DNA of 51,313 nucleotides from an uncultured bacterium (GTDB taxonomy: Bacteria; Hydrothermota; Tepidihabitantia; CAYHGV01), in assembly GCA_964356135.1 (NCBI GenBank), contig CAYHGV010000002.1, positions 1 through 51,313 on the forward strand, written 5' to 3'. Of this stretch, positions 35,614 through 42,774 are shown piece after piece (the stretch's first letter is position 1; each line of letters begins with the position of its first letter). A program made the position numbers and the translations under genes. The notes below the pieces were generated by a model that was given only the letters and a program-made list of their open reading frames with translations, was not told where the DNA came from and did no database searches.

Positions 35614-35980
35614 TGGAGGCGGCGGGAATCGAACCCGCGTCCGAAGCGGTCAGGCTTTGAGGACTACATAGTTAGTCGCCTCTTTGATCTCGCAGCGTAA
35701 CCGCCTGGCGACCGGCTTTCACGCTGCCAGCCCCAGTCCGTCACTTTCATGACGGCATCCATTCTGGCCCTGGGACCAAACCAGAACTTCACCTATCCTG
35801 TTAGACCCCACTTCGGGACCGGACAGGCAGAGTCCCGGGCAGAGTGGCTACTTAATTAAGCAGCCAGTGCGTAGTTGCTGTTGGCAACTGTATTTTCCCC
35901 ACGTTATATTTACGAGGTCTGTGGAGCGACCTCGCTATGCCCTCGGGGCCATCGGCACTCCGTCGAAACCCTTCGCCCCC
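35614..35980 (-). ncRNA. ssrA: tmRNA (SsrA)
   Basis: On the minus strand the 5' end is GGGGGCGAAGGGTTTCGACGG. The 3' end is GGACGCGGGTTCGATTCCCGCCGCCTCCA (T-arm plus acceptor with the G-U pair), and the terminal CCA is not fully encoded. The tag reading frame is GCC AAC AGC AAC TAC GCA CTG GCT GCT TAA, which gives ANSNYALAA. Confidence 0.93.
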
Positions 35981-36162
35981 GATACAGCATTTCCTTACAT
36001 ACTATATATAGGCTTTTTGCCTCAAAAGTCAAGGTTTATCTGCACGCCTTTTCATTGTTCGCTCTCCTGCCTCACCCCAACAGGGTTTTCATCAAAATAA
36101 GTCTTCCCTTTCCACAATCGGGATACTGTCGGCTAAAGCCGATCACAACAAAAAAGGGCCGC

Positions 36163-36223
36163 TGTAGTGGTGCGATTTATCGCACTGAAACCTTGTCTCC
36201 GTCGCATAAATGCGACCACTACA
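36163..36223. repeat. Nested palindromic (REP-like) element
   Basis: The outer inverted repeat is TGTAGTGGT (36163-36171) / ACCACTACA (36215-36223). It encloses the hairpins GCGATttATCGC (36172-36183) and GTCGCATaaATGCGAC (36201-36216). Confidence 0.7.
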
Positions 36224-36370
36224 ACGCAGTGTTGGGTTTGTCTTTGGGTGGTAGGGGATAAATTGGGGGAGCGATTTCCAGTCGCGACAAATCACATATT
36301 TTTTAACAGAAATTGATCGTCACGGTAAACCATTGTATTGGTTCAATCACTAAGCACCTCAAAATTTCCC

Positions 36371-36399
36371 TTGACTTTTTAATATTTTCATTATAGTTA
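36371..36399 (+). promoter_or_regulatory. Sigma70-like promoter upstream of hpf
   Basis: TTGACT (36371-36376) is followed by TATAGT (36392-36397, 15-nt spacer) or TAGTTA (17-nt spacer). SD AGGAGG precedes ATG 36416/GTG 36410. Confidence 0.45.
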
Positions 36400-36409
36400 T
36401 CGACAGGAG

Positions 36410-36727
36410 GTGCACATGCGGTTTAGTTTAACGACCCGGCACTTTGAAACCACCGAGGCCTTAGAGGAGTTCGTTGCCAAAAAGGTCTCAAAATGGGAAC
36501 GATTCGGACACCATATCATCGATTCGGAATTTATCCTTTCCAAAGATAACATTATGAGTATCGCCGAAGGTAAAGTAAACCTCAAGCGTGAAACGTTTAC
36601 CGCCAAGGCAAAAGCACCCGATATGTATGCCGCGATCGCGGCACTCATATCGAAACTGACCAAGCAGCTCAGCAAGTATGATGAACGGCTGAAAGCGAAA
36701 AAACGGTTATCAAAGGTGCGGCGCTAA
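36410..36727 (+). CDS. hpf: Ribosome hibernation promoting factor / RaiA family (short form)
   Basis: MRFSLTTRHFETTEALEEFVAKKVSKWERF...MYAAIAALISKLTKQLSKY is the sigma-54 modulation/S30EA pattern. Confidence 0.88.
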   Translation: MHMRFSLTTRHFETTEALEEFVAKKVSKWERFGHHIIDSEFILSKDNIMSIAEGKVNLKRETFTAKAKAPDMYAAIAALISKLTKQLSKYDERLKAKKRLSKVRR

Positions 36728-37708
36728 GTGGCTAACAACAAATCTCTTAGCGTCGAAACCCTCTATACTGATAAAAAGAGTGAATGGCAGCTTGAGGTTC
36801 TGGCTGGCGCCACCGGCATGGCTCAGCGCTCAATTACCACTGCCGACATTAACCGCCCCGGTTTGGCTCTTGCAGGCTACACCGGCTATTTTTTAGCCGA
36901 ACGGGTTCAAATTATCGGCAAAACCGAGGTCTCCTATTTAGCCACCCTCCATGCCGATCAAGTATCCGAAGCCGTGAAACGGATCTTTTCTTTTAACCCA
37001 CCCTGTTTTTGCATCGCCGAATCGCTGACTCCACCTGCGGAATTTATCAATCTTGCCGCCGAGACCAAAATTCCGATCTTACGCACTTCCATCTCCACCA
37101 CACCCTTTATTCATCTCATCACCTCGTATCTCGATTTGAAGCTTGCCCCCGAGGTTCACATCCACTCAACTCTGGTCGATGTCTACGGAGTAGGGGTTTT
37201 GATTGTCGGTGACGCGGGAATCGGCAAGAGTGAATGCGCCCTCGATCTGGTCGAACGGGGGCACCGACTCGTTGCCGACGATTTAGTGAAAATTGTTCGG
37301 ATGGGCTCAGGCATTCTCATCGGTCGGGGAGCGGAGAAGAGCGACCTCTTACTCCACCATATGGAAATTCGGGGAGTCGGCATTATCGATATCGCCGCCC
37401 TTTTTGGAATTCGAGGAATTCGACTCCAGAAACGGGTCGAGGTCGAAGTCGAACTCGTACCGTGGGGCGCCGACCTCGACTACGAACGGTTGGGAATTGA
37501 AGAAAAATTTACCGAAATCCTCGACACAAAAATCCCGTTGGTCAGAGTACCGATGCTGCCCGGTAAAAACATCTCGGTCATTCTCGAAGTCATCGCCCTC
37601 AACTACCTTTTAAAACTCCGCGGCTACCATCCGGCGAAGGTCTTCGATACCGAGCTGAAACGGATTCTCCAATCGGGTATTGGTCACCGTGAGGACGACC
37701 TCGAATAA
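36728..37708 (+). CDS. hprK: HPr kinase/phosphorylase
   Basis: GTG start directly after the hpf stop. The Walker A is GDAGIGKSECALDLVERGHRLVADD and the signature is LEIRGVGIIDI-like (MEIRGVGIIDIAALFG). Confidence 0.9.
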   Translation: MANNKSLSVETLYTDKKSEWQLEVLAGATGMAQRSITTADINRPGLALAGYTGYFLAERVQIIGKTEVSYLATLHADQVSEAVKRIFSFNPPCFCIAESLTPPAEFINLAAETKIPILRTSISTTPFIHLITSYLDLKLAPEVHIHSTLVDVYGVGVLIVGDAGIGKSECALDLVERGHRLVADDLVKIVRMGSGILIGRGAEKSDLLLHHMEIRGVGIIDIAALFGIRGIRLQKRVEVEVELVPWGADLDYERLGIEEKFTEILDTKIPLVRVPMLPGKNISVILEVIALNYLLKLRGYHPAKVFDTELKRILQSGIGHREDDLE

Positions 37709-38084
37709 TCCGGTCCGGGCGGTCATTTTCGGACATAATGATTTGCCCCAGTCTCTCCTGGCAACCCTCCAGGCGATCGCCGGCGATGTCCCGGGGATTA
37801 TCGTCCTTTCGAATAAAGGAATATCGCGCACCGAAATGGAGCACCGCTTAAAGGAAATCCTCGACGCCGCTCCCTTTCACACGATCATCTTCGTCGACCT
37901 GTTTGGCGGGAGCTGCCCGATGGTCTGCGGAGCGTTGAAACGGGAACGGAAAAATATCGCCGTCATTTGCGGCGTCAACCTACCGATGCTCCTGGAATTC
38001 ACCTTTGCCCGTGAAAAGATGAAATTCGCCGAACTCGTCAACCACTTAACCAACGCTGGGAAAGATGGTATACGGATATTATAA
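37680..38084 (+). CDS. PTS EIIA component, mannose/fructose family
   Basis: VRAVIFGHNDLPQSLLATLQAIAGD (the phospho-His region) and DLFGGSC are typical of EIIA-Man. The exact start is uncertain (TTG 37680 or GTG 37689), and it overlaps the hprK end. Confidence 0.75.
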   Translation: MVTVRTTSNNPVRAVIFGHNDLPQSLLATLQAIAGDVPGIIVLSNKGISRTEMEHRLKEILDAAPFHTIIFVDLFGGSCPMVCGALKRERKNIAVICGVNLPMLLEFTFAREKMKFAELVNHLTNAGKDGIRIL

Positions 38085-38274
38085 TAAGAGCGCATTGATG
38101 GAAACTGAGATAAACTGATGAAACCTGAGGATGACCTGAGGATGATAGGTTAAAATTTGCGAAACCCGTCCCGGTAGGTTTCAATTTGAATCAATGCCGA
38201 TTAAATTTAAAAATCTCAGTGTACCTCAATGCTTTAAGAATCATACGACAGTTCAACCAAAAGGAGGCTGAGCT

Positions 38275-38490
38275 ATGCGTGAGATCGCACGACACTGGCC
38301 GGGTCGGATATTCTTACTAGTCCTCCTCCTGGCCGTTATCGGAATGCTGGTCGCTCCAAAATTCTTCTTTAAGCCAATCCTTGTCTTCGGCTGGATTCCC
38401 CTCCCCTACTTCGTCGGGGTTATCTTCTGTCTCGTCTGGCTCATCGCCTATCTCATCTATTTTTTCCGGTTCTGGCCTTATCGCCATTAA
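38275..38490 (+). CDS. Small two-TM membrane protein (DUF3311-like) preceding the symporter
   Basis: SD AAGGAGG. The 71-aa product has two TM helices and ends 9 nt before the symporter gene, which is the usual DUF3311/SSS arrangement. Confidence 0.6.
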   Translation: MREIARHWPGRIFLLVLLLAVIGMLVAPKFFFKPILVFGWIPLPYFVGVIFCLVWLIAYLIYFFRFWPYRH

Positions 38491-38499
38491 GGAGGTCGA

Positions 38500-39999
38500 A
38501 TGCTTCTCAACTTCATCGTCTTAGGTGTTTTCGGACTTATCATCTTATGGATATCGGTTTACGGCTACCGACTCTCGGCCAAGACCGCCGAAGACTATAT
38601 GTTAGCCGGTCGAGGAATCGGCCTGATCGTGATGTTCTTCTTTATATTATTCGGCATATCGAGTGCCTGGACCTTCTACGGCTACCCCGGTTTCTTATTC
38701 CGGCACGGTCCGAGCTTCGTCTATTTCATCTGGGGGTGTGTTGCCGGTTTCATCAGCCTCTACATGTTCATCGGACCACGGTTCTGGGCAATCGCTAAAT
38801 TGAACCACTTCATCTCACCGGTCGAGGTCATCGCCGAACGTTATCAATCGAAATCGTTGCGGACTATCGTCGCCTTTGTTCTCCTGGCAGCCCTTGTCCC
38901 CTATATCGCGGTTGAGCTGTTGGGGGTCGGTCTGGGATTTAAGGCATTAACCAACCTACCGGTCATCATCGGCATCGTCTATACCATGGTTCTTTTGATT
39001 ATCATTGTGATCTTAGGCGGGATGCGCACAACCGCCTGGGGTAATGTCCTGTTGGGCACGATCTACACCCTCGTCTTCTTGGGTGCCCTGGTCTGGGTCG
39101 TCAAGCTCCTGTTCCCGGGCGGGCTCCCCCAAGCGGTAAAAATCATTGCCGACAAAAATCCCGCGCTCCTCTCCGCACCCGGTCCGACCGTTCCCCACGA
39201 ACCATCCCTCGGCTATGTCTTCATCGTCGGATTTTTCATCGCCGGATTGTTAGCCTTCAGCTGGCCCCACATCGTCGTCGGTTCATTAACCGCCCGCGAC
39301 AAATCAATCTTTAAATGGATGCCGCTTCTGGGAATCGTAGCCGGCGGATTGGGATTTTATACCATTCCCTTCATCTGGGGTTCGATCGCCGCTCCGGCCG
39401 CCGCGTTAATCGGAAAAGCCCCGCTCGTAACCGGCAAAGCCGCCGACAACATCGTCCAGGTCATCGCCAGCCAGAACCTGCCCCACTGGTTCGGGGTTTT
39501 TATGGTGCTGGGCGTGATCAGTGCTGCGGTCTCGACCGCTTCGGTCCAGCTCCTGTTAGCGGCGATTTTAGTCTCCCGCGATTTGATCCACTCCGTTTTC
39601 AAACCCGATGCCTCCGACCGCCAGCTGTTGCTCTGGACCAAACTCGGCGTCCTCGGTCTCCTCGCCCTGTCATTGGTCATCGCCCTCTGGCATCCGATCG
39701 CACTCGCGCTCTATCTGACTTCGATTGCCGTTCCCGGATTTGCCCAATGGGCGCCGGCTCTGGTCGGAACGGTTCTCTGGCCGCGGGCAACCAAACAGGG
39801 TGCGCTGTCAGGAATCATCGCCGGCACCGCCCTGGTCATCCTCGGATTCGTCTTCCACATCGAAAATATGATCATCCCCGCGCTGGTCGTTAACATCCTC
39901 CTGTTTGTAATCGTCAGCCTGCTCACCAAACGACCGCCGGACGAAATCAAACGCCGGTTCTATGACGAAGTCGACGAGTACCTGTCGACGAAAGAGTAA
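38500..39999 (+). CDS. Sodium:solute symporter (SSS) family transporter
   Basis: The 499-aa product has about 13 TM segments, an N-terminal YMLAGRGIG motif, and SD GGAGG. Confidence 0.85.
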   Translation: MLLNFIVLGVFGLIILWISVYGYRLSAKTAEDYMLAGRGIGLIVMFFFILFGISSAWTFYGYPGFLFRHGPSFVYFIWGCVAGFISLYMFIGPRFWAIAKLNHFISPVEVIAERYQSKSLRTIVAFVLLAALVPYIAVELLGVGLGFKALTNLPVIIGIVYTMVLLIIIVILGGMRTTAWGNVLLGTIYTLVFLGALVWVVKLLFPGGLPQAVKIIADKNPALLSAPGPTVPHEPSLGYVFIVGFFIAGLLAFSWPHIVVGSLTARDKSIFKWMPLLGIVAGGLGFYTIPFIWGSIAAPAAALIGKAPLVTGKAADNIVQVIASQNLPHWFGVFMVLGVISAAVSTASVQLLLAAILVSRDLIHSVFKPDASDRQLLLWTKLGVLGLLALSLVIALWHPIALALYLTSIAVPGFAQWAPALVGTVLWPRATKQGALSGIIAGTALVILGFVFHIENMIIPALVVNILLFVIVSLLTKRPPDEIKRRFYDEVDEYLSTKE

Positions 40000-40126
40000 T
40001 GGTAAAAAATAAAAACACGAATAGCTCGCATGAATTTATCTATCAGTCATTCGTGCCATTCGCGCGGCTCGTGCGGCTTGCGGTAAGCCGACCGAGCCGA
40101 ACCGTTCGTGTAATTCGTTTCTGGTA

Positions 40127-41533
40127 ATGGCAAACGAATGGCGCCTGCTCTTTAATCCCAACGCCGACACCGCCGATTTGCTGGCATTACCAACCGCGGT
40201 CGCCGAAGGAAAAATTGCCGGCCGCTATATGCTGGCAGCCAAGTCCGCGCCCGAGACGATCATCATCCAGCATGTCAAAAAACGCGGTGTGGTCGTCGGC
40301 AGCGAGGTTTTTGTCGATCGGGCTGAAGCCGAAAAAGCCGGCATCGAAGTCGTGGTCCAACCCCACGCCGGCCGCGGCGCCCTCAAACCGGCGGAGACGA
40401 TTCAACTGCAGGAATTGATGCTCAAAGCCAAAGACGACTTCAAAGCCGAACCGGTCGCCGAGGATGAAACCGCCTGCCTCATCTACACCTCGGGCACGAC
40501 CGGCAAACCCAAAGGCGTTATCCTCACCCATAAGAACTTTTTAACCGAATGCGAACTGACCGAGCAGGTGATTAAAACCACGCCCGATGACCGGTTTGCC
40601 ACCCTCGTTCCTTTTTTCCATATCTACGGTTTAGCCTGCGGTCTGGTCGTCAGTCTCTATCGGGGTTTGAGCTCGGTCGTCATCCCCCAGTATACCCCGC
40701 GCCAGTTTTTAAAATCGATTGCCGAAAACAAAATTACGGTTTTGGTCGCCATTCCGACCCAGTATTTCCACCTCCTGATAGCTGCCCGGCGCCAACCGCC
40801 TTCACCCAAACCGAACCTCCGCTACTGCGTTTCGGGTGCGGCAGCGCTGCCGGTCAGCATCATCGAAAACTTCAAGGAAGTATTCGGGGTAACAATCATC
40901 GAAGGTTACGGTATGACCGAAACGACCGCGGCGGTGGCATTAAATCCCCCTGAAAAAATAAAGCCCGGTTCGATCGGTGTCCCGTTACATGGCATCGAAC
41001 TTGAAATTATCGATGACCAGGGGAAACAACTGGCGACCGGAAAAGCGGGCGAGATTATTATCAAAGGTGCGGTTGTATTCAAAGGCTACTACAACCTCCC
41101 CCAGGATACGGCTCAGACTTTACGTAACGACTGGCTCTACACCGGCGATATCGGCTATAAAGATGAAGACGGCTATTTCTTTATTACCGACCGGAAAAAA
41201 GATATTATTATTAAAGGCGGATTCAACATCTCGCCCAAAGAAGTCGAAGACCTGCTGGTCGAGCATCCCAAAATAAAGGAAGCGGCGGTAATCGGCTTCA
41301 AAGAAAAAGCCGGGCGGGAAGAAGGGATAAAAGCCTACGTGGTTCTGGAGGACGGCAGCGTGGCAACGGTCGAAGAAATTCTCGAATACTGCCGCAAGAA
41401 CCTTGCCCCGCACAAAACCCCGGACTCGGTTGAGTTCAAAGAAGACCTGCCCAAGAGTGCCACCGGCAAGGTGCTGCGCAAAGAACTCAAGCCCGACCAT
41501 AAAGACGAGCGGCTTTTGGAAAAAAATGAATAA
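40127..41533 (+). CDS. Chimeric ORF: LplA/BPL-like N-terminal segment (about aa 1-88) fused to the central and C-terminal parts of an AMP-dependent acyl-CoA ligase
   Basis: Aa 5-86, WRLLFNPNADTADLLAL...IIIQHVKKRGVVVGSE...GIEVVVQPHAGRGAL, parallel the LplA start (RLL...VVIGR...RRxSGGGAV). From aa ~92 the sequence is a normal acyl-CoA synthetase with LIYTSGTTGKPKGV, EGYGMTET, YTGDIGY and SATGKVLRKEL, but it lacks the usual ~130-aa N-terminal region. Confidence 0.8.
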   Translation: MANEWRLLFNPNADTADLLALPTAVAEGKIAGRYMLAAKSAPETIIIQHVKKRGVVVGSEVFVDRAEAEKAGIEVVVQPHAGRGALKPAETIQLQELMLKAKDDFKAEPVAEDETACLIYTSGTTGKPKGVILTHKNFLTECELTEQVIKTTPDDRFATLVPFFHIYGLACGLVVSLYRGLSSVVIPQYTPRQFLKSIAENKITVLVAIPTQYFHLLIAARRQPPSPKPNLRYCVSGAAALPVSIIENFKEVFGVTIIEGYGMTETTAAVALNPPEKIKPGSIGVPLHGIELEIIDDQGKQLATGKAGEIIIKGAVVFKGYYNLPQDTAQTLRNDWLYTGDIGYKDEDGYFFITDRKKDIIIKGGFNISPKEVEDLLVEHPKIKEAAVIGFKEKAGREEGIKAYVVLEDGSVATVEEILEYCRKNLAPHKTPDSVEFKEDLPKSATGKVLRKELKPDHKDERLLEKNE

Positions 41534-41606
41534 CAATGCAAACTGCAAAATGAAAAATGCAGAATTGAAAACACCTGCACGAATCCGCGTTTTAAACGAT
41601 GGAGAG

Positions 41607-41745
41607 CGATGCAAAGCATAGGTGGAACAAAGTGACACCAGGCGACATCAAATGCGGAGCATAGATGGAACGTTATGCGCAGCATCGGTTGAGCGTAGCG
41701 AAACCAAGTGACATCAAATGCGGAGCATAGATGGAACGAAGTGAC
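41607..41745 (-). repeat. About 31-nt degenerate repeat units (ATGCrrAGCATnGrTGrAnC..AGyGACAyC)
   Basis: The units are atgcaaagcataggtggaacaaagtgacacc, atgcggagcatagatggaacg, atgcgcagcatcggttgagcgtagcgaaacc and atgcggagcatagatggaacgaagtgacatc. A 29-nt perfect duplicate, gacatcaaatgcggagcatagatggaacg, is present. A related unit lies at 44541-44571. Confidence 0.8.
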
Positions 41746-42633
41746 ATCAATTTGGGCGCAGTAGTCGAACGCTGGGCAAAGGAAACTCCAAAAAAAACCG
41801 CCCTGGTCTATGAAGGTAAGGAAACGAGTTTTTTGGAATTAAACCGGAATGTTAACCGCTTAGCCAATGGCTTCCGGAGCCTGGGGATAAAAAAGGGTGA
41901 CCGGATAGCGATCATGCTGCCGAATACGCCGGAGTTTATCTATTCTTTTTTTGCCTGCCAGAAATTGGCTGCAGTCGCGGTTCCGTTCAACACGATGTAT
42001 AAAGGCGGCGAGATCATTCACATCCTCCGAGACTGCAAGGCAAAAGCGATCATCACCTTGACCAATTTCGTCACGCTCATCAATGAAATCAAACCCGATG
42101 TCCCCAGTCTCGAACACATCATCACCACCGGCGAGCGCACCACCACCTTTGCCGATCCCCAAAGTACTATTTTTGTCCAGGCGGTTTTGGCGAAAAATAC
42201 TTTCAAGAGTCTCGACGATGCCTATCGTGATACCGGTGAAGCTCTGGTTGAAGGGTTCCAGGAATTGGGCTTGAAAGGAACCTGGTACAAACACCGGGGC
42301 AGCTTGCGGATCGGCGGGAAGAAACTGGCGGGCTTTCTCATTTCCGAGGTCGAGAATGTCTATGTCATGAATATGGTCTGTTTTTTAGGCCGTTTTCGCC
42401 CCGGCGACTTCTTCTCGGTTATCTGGGTGCCGCCCGAAGTCAAAGACAAAATCCTTGAACCGTTGACATCCGCCGAAGAAGAAATCGGACACATTCCCAC
42501 CGATGAAGAATTTAAAAGTGCGGTGATGAAATCATTGGAAAAGCGGTTCGGCATTATTCTCAAAGAAGGCTCCCTCACCCGGGACGAAAAATTCAGCTAC
42601 CAAAAACAGCGTTCTATCGCTTTACGCAAATAA
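41731..42633 (+). CDS. Chimeric ORF: N-terminal ~135 aa of an AMP-dependent acyl-CoA ligase fused to the C-terminal half of an LplA/BPL-like catalytic domain
   Basis: Aa 8-135, GAVVERWAKETPKKTALVY..TSFLELNRNVNRLANGF..GIKKGDRIAIMLPNTPEF..AVAVPFN, form the standard ligase N-terminus. Aa ~146-300 (LRIGGKKLAGFLISEV...VMNMVCFLG...PLTSAEEEIGHIPTDEEFKSAVMKSLEKRFG) parallel LplA residues after the GGGAV loop, including the catalytic-Lys region. Confidence 0.75.
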   Translation: MERSDINLGAVVERWAKETPKKTALVYEGKETSFLELNRNVNRLANGFRSLGIKKGDRIAIMLPNTPEFIYSFFACQKLAAVAVPFNTMYKGGEIIHILRDCKAKAIITLTNFVTLINEIKPDVPSLEHIITTGERTTTFADPQSTIFVQAVLAKNTFKSLDDAYRDTGEALVEGFQELGLKGTWYKHRGSLRIGGKKLAGFLISEVENVYVMNMVCFLGRFRPGDFFSVIWVPPEVKDKILEPLTSAEEEIGHIPTDEEFKSAVMKSLEKRFGIILKEGSLTRDEKFSYQKQRSIALRK

Positions 42634-42670
42634 ACGCTGGTAGAACACTGGGGGCGCACTTCCTCATAAT

Positions 42671-42717
42671 CCGCGTGTCTCCGCGTCAATCCGCGTCCGC
42701 CTCCGCGTTTTTCCGCG
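42671..42717 (+). repeat. Phased TCCGCG(T) array, 5 units at 10-12 nt spacing
   Basis: CCGCG starts at 42671, 42681, 42691, 42703 and 42713. The array is bracketed by the 7-bp inverted repeat CTGGGGG (42648-42654) / CCCCCAG (42730-42736). Confidence 0.85.
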
Positions 42718-42738
42718 AGAGCATTAGCTCCCCCAGGA

Positions 42739-42766
42739 TTGACAAAACCGTCGATTGCATTATCTT
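42739..42766 (+). promoter_or_regulatory. Sigma70-like promoter of leuC, possibly giving a leaderless mRNA
   Basis: TTGACA (42739-42744), a 16-nt spacer, then TATCTT (42761-42766). The ATG at 42775 is only 8 nt after the -10 and has no SD. Confidence 0.45.
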
Positions 42767-42774
42767 AAAATCCC

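Noticed and set aside
35867-36261. ORFs 35867-36100 and 35875-36261 on the plus strand.
   Set aside because: They overlap the tmRNA gene in antisense and the palindromic spacer. They are composition artefacts.
40380-42170. Microhomology ACCGGCG at both putative swap junctions (40396-40402 and 42127-42133) as the crossover point.
   Set aside because: Joining the two genes at this 7-mer shifts the reading frame relative to the ligase sequence that follows. It therefore cannot be the exact in-frame crossover and is likely coincidental.
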